A stretch of 64,000 bases of DNA from Candidatus Sulfomarinibacteraceae bacterium (GCA_963796455.1 CAWCLO010000010.1:32001-96000), one strand, 5' to 3'; numbered from the stretch's first letter, positions 18,072-28,051 are shown. A program made the numbers and translations. Notes: generated by a model not told the origin, from the sequence alone.

Positions 18072-20380
18072 CAGTACCGCCTCTCGTGAATTTCGTCGAG
18101 CGTCAGGCCCTTGAGTTCCTCCACGAGTTCGACCAGGTTGGCAACCATGATCTCCCACATCAACCGACCCTTTTCGGCGCTCGCGAGCGTCGGGTCTCCG
18201 AGGACTCCGGTCGGCGAGATCTTCGAGGTCTGGGCATACCACTCGATACTGCGACGCGCGCTGAAGTTGAGGTAACGGCTGGAAAACTCGGGCACGAAGG
18301 CCTCGGCCCGGTCCATTTTCACGAGATCGGGCCGGATGGCGAGACTGGTCGAGGTCTCGAACTCTCCCGCGTGGACGTCGCTCTCGGTCTCGCAGAGCTC
18401 GGCCATGTCCACATCCGAAGTCTCGCCGGTATCGACCGCGACAAAGATCTGGGCATCACGGTTGATCATCTGCGCCGCGTACTGAAGCGTCGGGCCGTTG
18501 CCACCGTGGCCGTTGACGATGACCAGCTTGTTGATCCCGTTGCCAGCGCAGGCCATCCCGATGTCATAGACCATTTTCGACAGCGAGTCGTTGCTGACGC
18601 TGATGGTCCCCTTGAAGTCGTCGTGGTGATAGGAAACGCCATACGGCAGCAAGGGCAGGACCAGCGGTTTGGGGTCCGGGCAGGCCTCGGCGACCCGGCG
18701 CGCGAGATATTCGGCATCGAAGGCGTCGGTGTCGAGCGGCAAATGGGGCCCGTGTTGCTCGATGGCACCGACCGGCAACAAGGCGAGATCGACCTCGGAC
18801 AGCCGACTCTCGGCCTCGGGCCAGGTCAACTCTCCCAGCAGGTGTGACCGCCCCGTACCGCCGGCATATTCCTCCCCGGACTCCGCCGCCTCGAAGCTGA
18901 AAGGCTTGAAAAACTCCGGGTCGTCGAGTGGGTGGGCCTCGATCCACACACGGCCGGTGCGTCTGATGGCGCCATCCGCATACTCGAGAAAGATCCGGTA
19001 AAGACCGCGCCGGAGGTCGACCGGGACGGCATCGATCGGCGATCGCTCGCCGTCGATGCGGATCTTCATGATCTCGGTCCGCGGTTTCTTCATCCGAACG
19101 CCCTTCGGCGGCAGCCCGACCGCGCCCCTCTCGACCAGCATGTGCATCAACTGATCGATGGCCGGGGCCTCCTGGTGGGGCGGGGCCTTCTCGAGCGCCC
19201 GCAGACAGGTTTCGATCTGGTCGGCGGAATAGCCGCACCGGGTGGGGTCGGCATCGAGCGCGACCAACATGCCGACCACACGACGGCATTTTTCGCACCG
19301 CCCGCAGGGCCGCACTCGTTCGCCTTCGGTATGGGTAGCGTGACACGAGGTCTGGAAACGTTGGAGATCAGGATAGCGCAGGGCGAGGATCTTCTCCACC
19401 AACATCTCTGAGAGTGGGCGCAGGATCGAGAACTGGCTGAGGGCCCATTTTTTGCGCAGAAAATACCGGCTCATCGCGGTGTCGAAGAAGCGACTCTGAT
19501 CGAAAAGCCCGCTGTAGTGCGGGATGCCGTGCAGCGACGAACGCTGGGTGGTGTCGAACTCGTCGCCAATCACCAGACGCCCGATTCCTCGCGCCCTTAC
19601 CAGAGGAAGCACGCCAAAGGAGAACACCGCAACCGTCCAGAGCCTGATCGGGTACTCGTCAGACCGGACATCTGCAAAGTCCTCACGGATGAAGGGCAGG
19701 TGCCTCAGCATCCGCGAGAAAACACGATCGGAGTTGGTCCACACCCTCGCCGTACGCGGCACATCGGTGGAAAAGTGGCGGTAGGCGTTGAGAGCGGTAA
19801 ACCAGTGTCTGCCGGACTCGTTGACGAAAATCGGGTGAGTTTCACATCCGAGCTCGTCGAGCAGCCCGTGGCTCAAGAGACTCTCTTTGCCGCCCGACGA
19901 GAGCACGACACAGCGGGTGCGATCCGTTTCCCAGGGCCTGGTTCGCGACGGCTCGGCATCGGGATACACGAGCTCGGCCTTGAGATAGCTTTTCCGTTTT
20001 TCGGGCGTCTGGGACGCCGCTTCTCCGATCAAAAAGGGGTTGGGCTCGAGGAACTTCTTGACGTAGATTTCGCGGGCCGTATTGGCCGCCATCTCCGCCA
20101 GCAACCGACGATCGTAGAGGTCGAAGGGGCCGTGGAAGACGATCTCTCGACAGAACAAACCGTAGTTCAGGGCGATCTGGGCGGCGATCACCGAAGCGAG
20201 GTTCAGCGCCCCCTGGTCATTCGGGTCGAAGACATTCTCCTCGTAGCGGTAGATGAGATCGATCGAATCCCGTTCTTTGCCGCGGTGTACCGTGTACGGC
20301 GCGATCAGCCGCCCGGGTTCGAGCCGCACCGGCCCCACTTCGAGCCGGTCGATCACACACAGGGCCTCGAGGCCGCTCAT
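18071..20380 (-). CDS. Fusion: PP-loop ATP pyrophosphatase-like domain (QueC/MurL-like) + creatininase-family amidohydrolase
   Basis: N-terminal part has LSSGGKES and SCHATH...PCGRCEKC. C-terminal part has LPVGAIEQHGPHLPLDTD, YGVSYHH, NGHGGN, HAGEFETS, GVLGDP. Confidence 0.85.
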   Translation of the reverse strand: MSGLEALCVIDRLEVGPVRLEPGRLIAPYTVHRGKERDSIDLIYRYEENVFDPNDQGALNLASVIAAQIALNYGLFCREIVFHGPFDLYDRRLLAEMAANTAREIYVKKFLEPNPFLIGEAASQTPEKRKSYLKAELVYPDAEPSRTRPWETDRTRCVVLSSGGKESLLSHGLLDELGCETHPIFVNESGRHWFTALNAYRHFSTDVPRTARVWTNSDRVFSRMLRHLPFIREDFADVRSDEYPIRLWTVAVFSFGVLPLVRARGIGRLVIGDEFDTTQRSSLHGIPHYSGLFDQSRFFDTAMSRYFLRKKWALSQFSILRPLSEMLVEKILALRYPDLQRFQTSCHATHTEGERVRPCGRCEKCRRVVGMLVALDADPTRCGYSADQIETCLRALEKAPPHQEAPAIDQLMHMLVERGAVGLPPKGVRMKKPRTEIMKIRIDGERSPIDAVPVDLRRGLYRIFLEYADGAIRRTGRVWIEAHPLDDPEFFKPFSFEAAESGEEYAGGTGRSHLLGELTWPEAESRLSEVDLALLPVGAIEQHGPHLPLDTDAFDAEYLARRVAEACPDPKPLVLPLLPYGVSYHHDDFKGTISVSNDSLSKMVYDIGMACAGNGINKLVIVNGHGGNGPTLQYAAQMINRDAQIFVAVDTGETSDVDMAELCETESDVHAGEFETSTSLAIRPDLVKMDRAEAFVPEFSSRYLNFSARRSIEWYAQTSKISPTGVLGDPTLASAEKGRLMWEIMVANLVELVEELKGLTLDEIHERRY

Positions 20381-21471
20381 TGCCCGCCAACCCTGGCTGC
20401 CGCCGAGGTCACGACGGATGCGAGACCCTCGGCTCCATCGCGCAGCACATCGAAAACCGGCAAACCCGTTTCGGCCGCGATCTTCGTGATGGCGTCATCG
20501 ATCCCCTCGTCATCGAGTTCTTCGTGGTTGAGGGTGATGGCGACCACGGGACGCTCCGAGATCAGCTCGAGGGCTTCGATCTGACGCTCGAGGGGATGCA
20601 TGGCGTGACCCGGAAATCCGTCGTATTCGACCCGGGCAGGAGCGTGTTGCAGCACGATGAGATCGGGCCGTGCGGCGGCGAGGATCTCGAAGCCGCCCGG
20701 ATAGGCGGGGTTGAGCAGAGAGCCCTGGCCCTCCACGATGATGACCTCGGGGCGTTCTGCGGTCCAGGCGCTCCACACCGCGTGTTCGATTTCACCGGCG
20801 ACGAAGTCGTTGATCAGACTGTCGAGCACGATGCTGTAGCGCGCCCCCTGCAACCACGCTGTCTGCCCGGTCCCGACCATGAGGCTTTTGCGATCCGAGG
20901 CGATCAGGGCGTCGTTGAGAAGCCACGCCGTGGTCCGTTTACCGACCGCCGAGTCGGTGCCGAGGAGCGCCACCTTGAGCGCCTCCACTTCGGAGATCTT
21001 ACTTTCGAAGAAGTGCATCTCGGATCTCGGAGGTGGTTTGCGGATGTCCCGCAATCTGACCCCGTTTGCGGCCGCCAACTCGACCAACTCGGGATCTTCG
21101 CTGAGAAAATCGTGCAGACCGGAATCGACGTGGAGCCCCAACCCGATCGCCCTCGCGACATCCGACCGCGCACCTGCATCGAGACGGCCGCCGTCCGGCG
21201 CCAGCCCGACCACCAGGTACGTCGGGGACCGGCCTTCTGCGACCGCGCGCCGGTGGGCAGACTCGAGATCCCCCTCGATGGGGATTCCCGCCGGTCGACC
21301 ATCGATCACCGTCCCGGCATCCTTTCCGGCGTGCCTCGAGTCCACCACCGAGAGCACCCGATAGCGTTCCGAGCGCCGCACCAGACCATGCGCGGTCTTT
21401 CCGTTGGTGGTAGCAAAAGCGCCCTGGCAGTAAACGATCGCATTCCCCTCGGGGAACTCTTCCTTCTTCAT
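20377..21471 (-). CDS. DUF1611 family P-loop protein (DgcN-like)
   Basis: GKTAHGL, SGLHDFL, GTDSAVGKRTT, GTGQT, VEGQGSL.NPAY. Confidence 0.88.
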   Translation of the reverse strand: MKKEEFPEGNAIVYCQGAFATTNGKTAHGLVRRSERYRVLSVVDSRHAGKDAGTVIDGRPAGIPIEGDLESAHRRAVAEGRSPTYLVVGLAPDGGRLDAGARSDVARAIGLGLHVDSGLHDFLSEDPELVELAAANGVRLRDIRKPPPRSEMHFFESKISEVEALKVALLGTDSAVGKRTTAWLLNDALIASDRKSLMVGTGQTAWLQGARYSIVLDSLINDFVAGEIEHAVWSAWTAERPEVIIVEGQGSLLNPAYPGGFEILAAARPDLIVLQHAPARVEYDGFPGHAMHPLERQIEALELISERPVVAITLNHEELDDEGIDDAITKIAAETGLPVFDVLRDGAEGLASVVTSAAARVGGQ

Positions 21472-22595
21472 CAACGCCTCCCGGTGAGAATCACAACATA
21501 ACGATCATTCGCGAGACCCTCCCGCCGACCCTCGTCGAGCAGTGCGATGAGCCCGGCGGTGGATGCCGGCAGCACACTCAGCCCTTCGCTCGAAGAAATC
21601 AATCGGGAGAACTTCGACATCGAGCGGTCGCTGGCGTAGGAGGCCCAACCCGAGGTGGAGCGAACCGCCTCCAGCGCCAGATCTCCGTCAATTGAATGCC
21701 AATTGATCAGAGGCTCGTTGACGGCCGTTTCACGTATCTTGGTCGGGTCGAGGTCCTGGCATGCCTCGGCATCGTTGAGGAACGACTGCACGATCGGGTT
21801 TTTGCGATAGGAGGAACCCGCGATGATCCGCGGCATGTGCGAGATCTTGCCCCGGCGGTAGAGGCTTTGAAAGCCCTTATGGATACCCGCCAGAGTGGTG
21901 CCGTTGGACACCGGCACCGCAACCGCTGCGGGAGCGTCGCGGAGTTCGTCGTAGATCTCGTACGAGATCTCGCCGTAGGCGCGGAGTTGGATCGTGGTGT
22001 TGGCGCCCCCCGGGTTCGCGTCGTACAGTTCGCGAGATTCGGCCTCCTCGCGCGATCGGACCACCGCCGCCTCGTAGTCGCCGGGCACCGTGATGATCTT
22101 GGCGCCATGACGCTCGATTTCCGGCGCTCGCCGCACCTGGTAACCGGAGGGTACGAAGACCTCGCAGCGCAGACCCCCAAAGGAAGCCGCCAACGCGAGG
22201 GCCGCTCCGTAGTTGCCGCAGGTCGCCGCCGTCACGGTGTCGAAACCGCGCCGCATGGCATCCATCGCCTGCGCGAAGGCAATCCGGTCCTTCTGCGTGC
22301 CGGTCGGATTGCCTCCGTCGAACTTCAGATAGAGTTGACGCAGACCGGTCTCGCGTTCGATGTTTCGCGCCCGTGCCAAACGGGTGTCGCCGACCTCTGA
22401 CTCGAATACGTTTTCAAAAGCCTCCAGCCGTTCATCCATCGAACGACTTCCATCGGAAGCAATCGAGACCTCGGCATCGAGTTCGGGCGGGAGCTGGATA
22501 GGCCGCGCGCCGGCCCCATCCAGAATCGGCAGAACCACGCTCGACTCGTGCTCGGTTTCCTCGATTTTTCCGGAAACTTCCCGTCCATCGACCAT
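21471..22595 (-). CDS. Fold-type II PLP-dependent enzyme (threonine synthase-like)
   Basis: LYLKFDGGNPTGTQKDR, ATCGNYG, VPVSNGT, ILTG; GAGGAG RBS; TATAAT on the minus strand at 22654-22659. Confidence 0.88.
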   Translation of the reverse strand: MVDGREVSGKIEETEHESSVVLPILDGAGARPIQLPPELDAEVSIASDGSRSMDERLEAFENVFESEVGDTRLARARNIERETGLRQLYLKFDGGNPTGTQKDRIAFAQAMDAMRRGFDTVTAATCGNYGAALALAASFGGLRCEVFVPSGYQVRRAPEIERHGAKIITVPGDYEAAVVRSREEAESRELYDANPGGANTTIQLRAYGEISYEIYDELRDAPAAVAVPVSNGTTLAGIHKGFQSLYRRGKISHMPRIIAGSSYRKNPIVQSFLNDAEACQDLDPTKIRETAVNEPLINWHSIDGDLALEAVRSTSGWASYASDRSMSKFSRLISSSEGLSVLPASTAGLIALLDEGRREGLANDRYVVILTGRR

Positions 22596-23157
22596 AGCCG
22601 ACTCCTCTCCTCGACACTCCGCCCGGCACCTCGAATGTCGCCCATAACAGCTCATTATACGGCCAGAATCAGAATTGCAAACAAAATTCTAAATCACGAC
22701 CCAACAACACTTTAGGGCACCAGGTCACGACCTCGGAGAAAACTCTTAGGGAGGGCAGCCAGACCCTCACGACCCCGTTCCCAGATCAAACCGATCAGTG
22801 TTTCGATGGTCACCCGAATGTCGATGCCGCTCATTTCCCCCCCACATCCTCGTCGCGACGATTTCTCTCGTGTTTTCCTGGGCGTCGAAAGGCGGTTTTC
22901 TCGCGATATGCCGGACGTCCCACCGCCCGCCATCCGGAGAATCAAAGGGCAGTCCACCTTTTTCGTTGCAACGCAATCGAAAATGCGTCACTATCACCGC
23001 CAGAAAAGGCGGGCGACCGTATGTCGAGACCAGTGTCCGCGAACTCACGGGAAGAGAATTGATCAACGAAGTCAACCTCCTCAGCGTTGTCGATATCCTA
23101 GTCCTCCACTCCGATGGTCTCAGTGAGCACACACGAGAAGACGGAGGGTGATGCGAG

Positions 23158-23739
23158 ATGGAGTGGATGACTTCGATTCCGGTCTGGATGTTGTGCATCC
23201 TGATCTTCGTGCTCCGAATCTGTGATGTGACCCTCGGCACCGTTCGAACGGTGGCTATCGTCAAGGGCTACATCAACGTGGCGGTCGTCCTTGGTTTCTT
23301 TGAAGTGCTGATCTGGGTCTTGGCCGTCAGCCAGGTCATCTCCCGTATCAACGAAAGCATCTTTCTCGCGCTCGCCTTCGCCGGTGGATTCGCCGCCGGC
23401 AACGCCGTCGGAATCCTGGTCGAGCGCAGGCTGGCGATGGGGACTTCCGTTGTCCGGATCCTATCCAACTCCCACGGTGTCGAGATTGCCGAGGCAATTC
23501 GCGGCGACGGCCACGACGTCACATTCTTCCAAGGCGAGGGCTCCGACGGGCCGGTGACGCTTGTCTACGCGCTGACACCGCGCCGACAGGCGCGGCGAAT
23601 GCTCGACTGTGCGCGATCCATCGACCCGGAGTTGCTCTACGTCAGCGAGCCCGCCCACGAAAGTTTTCGCGGCGCCGCGCCGCGGCTGCGCCCGATCGCC
23701 CACGCCACCGGCTGGCGGGCGGCTTTCAAGAAAAAGTAG
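23158..23739 (+). CDS. DUF5698/DUF2179 (UPF0316-like) membrane protein
   Basis: IFVLRICDVTLGTVR, LGFFEVLIWV, FAGGFAAGNAVG; GGAGG RBS. Confidence 0.85.
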   Translation: MEWMTSIPVWMLCILIFVLRICDVTLGTVRTVAIVKGYINVAVVLGFFEVLIWVLAVSQVISRINESIFLALAFAGGFAAGNAVGILVERRLAMGTSVVRILSNSHGVEIAEAIRGDGHDVTFFQGEGSDGPVTLVYALTPRRQARRMLDCARSIDPELLYVSEPAHESFRGAAPRLRPIAHATGWRAAFKKK

Positions 23740-23880
23740 CCACGACGACGCTTCCCTGCGTCGCCACACGACCCGCTCCAGAAAACGCCGATCTGCTTCC
23801 CAACGAAGACATCAAGGTGAAGAGCCCGTGGCAGAAAGTCCGGTTAGACTTGATCTGATCAAGGGAGTCGATCCAGGCGC

Positions 23881-24313
23881 ATGCCATACATCCTCAGCTG
23901 GATCCGGGAAAACCAGAGCCTCTTCGAGTGGCTGGGGATCTTTTCGCTCCTCATGTTTGTCGGGACCCTGGTGGTTTTTCCTTTGGTCATCGTCTATCTG
24001 CCAAAGGACTACTTTGTCCGATATGACCGGGAGCCGGCGCATCAAAAGCGGCGCCACCCGTTTGTCTGGTTGGTCATCACGATTTTCAAGAACCTTCTCG
24101 GCGCGTCGCTCATCGTGGCCGGGATCGCCATGCTGGTCCTCCCGGGGCAGGGGCTGCTCACACTTGTTGATCGGCGCCACGCTGACCAACTTCCCGGGCA
24201 AGTACACAGTCGAACGATGGCTCGTCAGCCAGCCGGCCGTCGCTAGGACTCTCAACCGGATCCGCGACAAGGCAGGTCGTCCGCGTCTCGAATTACCCGA
24301 GGGCGGGGAGTGA
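23881..24313 (+). pseudogene. PGPGW-family membrane protein with frameshift near 24165
   Basis: KNLLG...GIAMLVLPGQGLLT continues in the +1 frame as LIGATLTNFPGKY...LNRIRDKAGRPRL. The stop at 24313 overlaps the next GTG. Confidence 0.75.
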
Positions 24314-25422
24314 AAACGAGATCCCTGCTCGCCCGCATAGCACTCGGGGTTTTTTCCTCTGCCCTCCTGCTGATGGTTGCCGAGGGGGCGCTCCGGCTCG
24401 TGTGGTCGAATCCCTATGTTCTCGAACTCGACCCCAAACCCTATTTCCGTCTCCACCGACCGGCGATCAGCGCCGCAGTCTCGGCCGAGGGCCTCTACGA
24501 AAGGGGCGCGGCTTTGCGCTTTGCAACGGATGCCGATCGCGCGATCCGAGGCGGTAGCACCAAAGCCCGCAGCACGTCTATTGCCCTCGGCGGCAGCAGC
24601 ACCGAATCAGCGCTGGTGCCGGAAGGACAACGGTGGACCGATCTCCTACCGGGAGGCACCCGCAACTTCGGTGTTTCGGCCAATAGCCTGGTCGAATCCT
24701 ATTGGAACCTCCGTTTTCTGATTGGCGAAGAGGGCCTTCAGCCCGAACGGGTCTTCGTCATGCACTCCGTCAACGATCTGCGGGCGCTGCTGATCGCCGG
24801 CGCCGAGAGCTTCTCCGTCGATCGATGGCGGCAAGCCCCGGTGGATCTCTTCTCGATCGACAACCCCGCTCAGACGGTTGCCTTCGGGATTTCTATTCGA
24901 CAGTCGTCACTCTTGTCGTTCATCAGATTTCGACAGGGTGAGCTTGGAGGGCGCGTCATTCTTCCAACTTCTCTTCACAACCGGGACGCTCAGATGCGGC
25001 TCCCCACTCTCGGGGACGATGCTTTCGTGCGTTTTCGCGAGGCCCTCGAACAGGACTTTTTGCCGATGCGCACCACGGTATTTCTGAAAATCGCTGCATT
25101 CGCCCAGGCGAAAGAGCTACGAATCGCCATCCTCAGCCAGCCCAATGCCTACCGCGTCGACTACCGCCCTTTTGACCACGATCTCCGTCTCTACCCGCTT
25201 GTCGACGGCAAAAAAATGACCCTCGATCAGGCGGCCGAAACCATGACGATCATCAACCGGCACAGCCTTCTGGTCGCGCAACACCACGGGTGGGATGCGG
25301 CAGATGTCGCAGGCTGTTTTTCAAGGCACGATCCCAGCAACCTCTTCTACGACTCGGTACACCTCACCCCGGAAGGCTGCCGGGCCCTGGCGGACTGCGT
25401 TGCCGATGAGCTGGATCGTTGA
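24310..25422 (+). CDS. SGNH/GDSL hydrolase-like membrane-anchored protein
   Basis: N-terminal TM (AEGALR), LGGSSTE, NFGVS, HSVND, FYDSVHLT. Confidence 0.75.
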   Translation: MKTRSLLARIALGVFSSALLLMVAEGALRLVWSNPYVLELDPKPYFRLHRPAISAAVSAEGLYERGAALRFATDADRAIRGGSTKARSTSIALGGSSTESALVPEGQRWTDLLPGGTRNFGVSANSLVESYWNLRFLIGEEGLQPERVFVMHSVNDLRALLIAGAESFSVDRWRQAPVDLFSIDNPAQTVAFGISIRQSSLLSFIRFRQGELGGRVILPTSLHNRDAQMRLPTLGDDAFVRFREALEQDFLPMRTTVFLKIAAFAQAKELRIAILSQPNAYRVDYRPFDHDLRLYPLVDGKKMTLDQAAETMTIINRHSLLVAQHHGWDAADVAGCFSRHDPSNLFYDSVHLTPEGCRALADCVADELDR

Positions 25423-26127
25423 TCAGTCCCGCGAGAGGAAGATCCTCAGCACATACCAGAACATGAGCGCCACTGACGCGAAGAGTTGAAGAGCCGCTCC
25501 CACGTAACGATCCTCGGGAAAATGCCGGAGAATGTTCGAGGTGTCGTAGAGGATGGCGGCACCGGCCAGCCCGACCATCCCGACCGAAAACCAGGTGCCG
25601 AGGTTGAATCCGAAAAGCACCCCGCCGACGATCGCCACCAGGGCCAGCACCCCACCCCACTTCAACAATCCTCCGAGAAAGGAAAAATCCTTGCGGCTGA
25701 GGAAGGCGACCGCAGTGAGGCCGGTAAAGCCGATCATGGTGATGGTGGCAGCACTGGAGATGGACCCCGGCGCGTAATAAAAGGCCATGAAAAGCAGGGG
25801 GACAAAGATCAGCGCTTCAGCGACAACGAAGGCAGCAAGCGCCGCATACTGGGCACCGAGGGACTTGGCGGTGTTGGCGGCGCGGCTGGCGATCCAGCTG
25901 ACGACCACAAAGCCGCCGAGAACCAGCAGCCAGCTGACGCTCATCATCGCTTGCGCGATGGGCCGAGCGAGGCCGCTCTGGAACAAAAACACCTCGATCA
26001 CCACGAAGGCGATGATGGCCCCAAAAAGATGGAGATAGGTGCGGGTGATGAAGGTGGCGCGGGTGCTCTCACCGATCCGAACATCCGGTGAATCGGCGAG
26101 ACGGGTATCGGTAGGTTCATAGCTCAT
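25423..26127 (-). CDS. Bax inhibitor-1/YccA family membrane protein
   Basis: Seven TMs, FITRTYLHL, KDFSFLG, ILYDTSNI, ALQLFAS. Confidence 0.9.
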   Translation of the reverse strand: MSYEPTDTRLADSPDVRIGESTRATFITRTYLHLFGAIIAFVVIEVFLFQSGLARPIAQAMMSVSWLLVLGGFVVVSWIASRAANTAKSLGAQYAALAAFVVAEALIFVPLLFMAFYYAPGSISSAATITMIGFTGLTAVAFLSRKDFSFLGGLLKWGGVLALVAIVGGVLFGFNLGTWFSVGMVGLAGAAILYDTSNILRHFPEDRYVGAALQLFASVALMFWYVLRIFLSRD

Positions 26128-26232
26128 GGCTCAATCCTTTCATTGGTCCGAAATCCGAGGCGCACGAACAAGACGACAGCACCCGATCTCCGACACAGGG
26201 AAGATCTGGAATACCCTACCAGCATAGTCGAC

Positions 26233-26478
26233 CATAGCTATCCAAGACATATCGTCATGCAAAGTCGCCCGATTGACAACATGTGGTTTACAGGTTGGTT
26301 TTCGGCACAATCAGTTCGCGGTCGTCCCGTTCCCGCGCCCGAGTCCGAGTCCGTGCCGGTATTGCAGCGGCAGCGACAGTGTTCGGCGACAGGGACAGGG
26401 ATCAGCCATCAGTGTTCAGCGGCAGCGTTCAGGAGTCCAGTCGGCGATGCGGCCAACGCCGGGTCATTCAACTGAAGG
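26233..26478 (+). mobile_element. Truncated copy 3 of the four-helix-bundle cassette (left end, CAG-rich arm, first hairpin arm; no ORF)
   Basis: 26233-26259 matches 12059-12085 at 22/27. 26421-26478 matches the reverse complement of 59458-59515 at 50/58. Confidence 0.75.
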
Positions 26479-26484
26479 CGAAGT

Positions 26485-27156
26485 TTATGCCGGGGGGCGA
26501 CCTCGTCTCGGGCCCGGTGTGGTGCGCTTGAGGGTCTGCAAAAGGACCCGACCCGGTCCCGAGAGACGGGTCATGAACAGCCCCTCGCCGCCAAAGGCCA
26601 TCCGGCGGCAGCCGGCCACTCCCTGGATGTCGTAGTCGACCGAATCGGCAAAGGCTGCCAGGCTGCCGGTCGAGACCAACACCGCCTCACTCTCCGCCAA
26701 CTCACGCTCGATGAAATCTCCCGAGCCGTGGACCAGCACCGTGCCGGAGCCCGAGATGTGCTGCAGGAAAAACCCCGCACCACCAAAAAACGCGGCACCG
26801 GCCCGTTTGGCGACCCGGACATCGATCACGACCCTTGGGCCGAAAGCGGCGACAAAGGAACCGCGGGTAGTGATCACCGGCGAGTCATCCAGAGACCACG
26901 CAATGATCTTGCCCGGTTGATTGGCGGCCAGCGTCGCTCGCTGGCCATCGGCCGAGGCCTCGAGAAAGGTGAGTGCAAGGCCCTCACCGGACATCATCCG
27001 CCGTGCCGCTCCACCGGCGCCGCCCGGCACTTTGAGATGCCAGCCCAGCCCCGGATCGAGAGCCACCAACGAACCCTTGCTCGCCCAACAGGACTCGTTC
27101 TTGTCCAGGGTCAGATTCGCGACCTGCGCCAACTCGCCATCAATGGTGTACTGCAT
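26485..27156 (-). CDS. AIM24 / TIGR00266 family protein
   Basis: SGEGL, FFGGAGFFLQHISGSG, FGGEGLF..RLSGPGRVLLQT. Confidence 0.9.
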   Translation of the reverse strand: MQYTIDGELAQVANLTLDKNESCWASKGSLVALDPGLGWHLKVPGGAGGAARRMMSGEGLALTFLEASADGQRATLAANQPGKIIAWSLDDSPVITTRGSFVAAFGPRVVIDVRVAKRAGAAFFGGAGFFLQHISGSGTVLVHGSGDFIERELAESEAVLVSTGSLAAFADSVDYDIQGVAGCRRMAFGGEGLFMTRLSGPGRVLLQTLKRTTPGPRRGRPPA

Positions 27157-27225
27157 CGCTCCTCCTCGAGACCTCGTGAATATCCTCCACAGTTATACTC
27201 GACACCATCGAAGGGAATTCCACAC

Positions 27226-28041
27226 GTGGACGACAGCCATCTCCTGGATCGATATGTGTCCATGCTCGAGGTCGAACCGGGACAGCCGTCCATCGATCAC
27301 CTCCGGCAGTTGGTGCGTGCCCAACTGCAGCGCGTGCCCTTCGAAAATATCTCCAAGCTGTGGCGGTACAAAAAAACCGGCCTCGAATCAATGGTCAGCC
27401 TCGAGGAACACCTCAACGGCATTGAAAACCACCGCTTCGGCGGAACCTGCTACGCCAACAACTGGTACTTCGGACGGCTTCTTGCCCATCAAGGCTTCGG
27501 CGTGGCTTTCTGCGGCGCCGATATGTCGAAACCGGATGTCCATACCGTATTGATCGTCTCCCTGGAAGATCAGGAATACCTGGTCGATGTGGGTTATGCC
27601 GCGCCGTTTTTTGAGCCCATTCGGCGGGATCTCGAACAGCCAATCAAAATCCCATGGGGAGACAGTCACTATGTCTTTCATCCGACAGATCGGCTGGGAA
27701 GGACGCGCCTGGAATTGTACCGGGCAGACAAGCAGATCCACGGCTACCTCGCCAGGGCCCTGCCGCGATCGCTCGATCATTTCAGGGACATCATCGCCGA
27801 CTCCTTCCGTCCCGACGCCAATTTCATGACGGCGCTGGTGGCGGAGAGGTTCTTTGACATTGGATCGGTCCGAATCCACAATTTCAGCCTCACGGAGGCT
27901 TCGCCCGGGGGGCATGAGACGACGGTGTTCAGTGACCGTGAACAGGTGATTCAGACGGTCGAGGATCACATCGGCATCAAAGCCGACATCGTTCGCGAGG
28001 CCATCGCAGACATTCCGCTCAAGGCCGATATCTACAGTTGA
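27226..28041 (+). CDS. Arylamine N-acetyltransferase family
   Basis: VPFENI, GGTCYANN (Cys), DVH (His), YLVDVG (Asp) catalytic triad. Confidence 0.88.
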   Translation: MDDSHLLDRYVSMLEVEPGQPSIDHLRQLVRAQLQRVPFENISKLWRYKKTGLESMVSLEEHLNGIENHRFGGTCYANNWYFGRLLAHQGFGVAFCGADMSKPDVHTVLIVSLEDQEYLVDVGYAAPFFEPIRRDLEQPIKIPWGDSHYVFHPTDRLGRTRLELYRADKQIHGYLARALPRSLDHFRDIIADSFRPDANFMTALVAERFFDIGSVRIHNFSLTEASPGGHETTVFSDREQVIQTVEDHIGIKADIVREAIADIPLKADIYS

Positions 28042-28051
28042 CCGCCCCCGG

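Noticed and set aside
16843..22700. tRNA-anchored genomic island
   Set aside because: No integrase and no duplicated tRNA 3' end seen; the tRNA terminator is intact.
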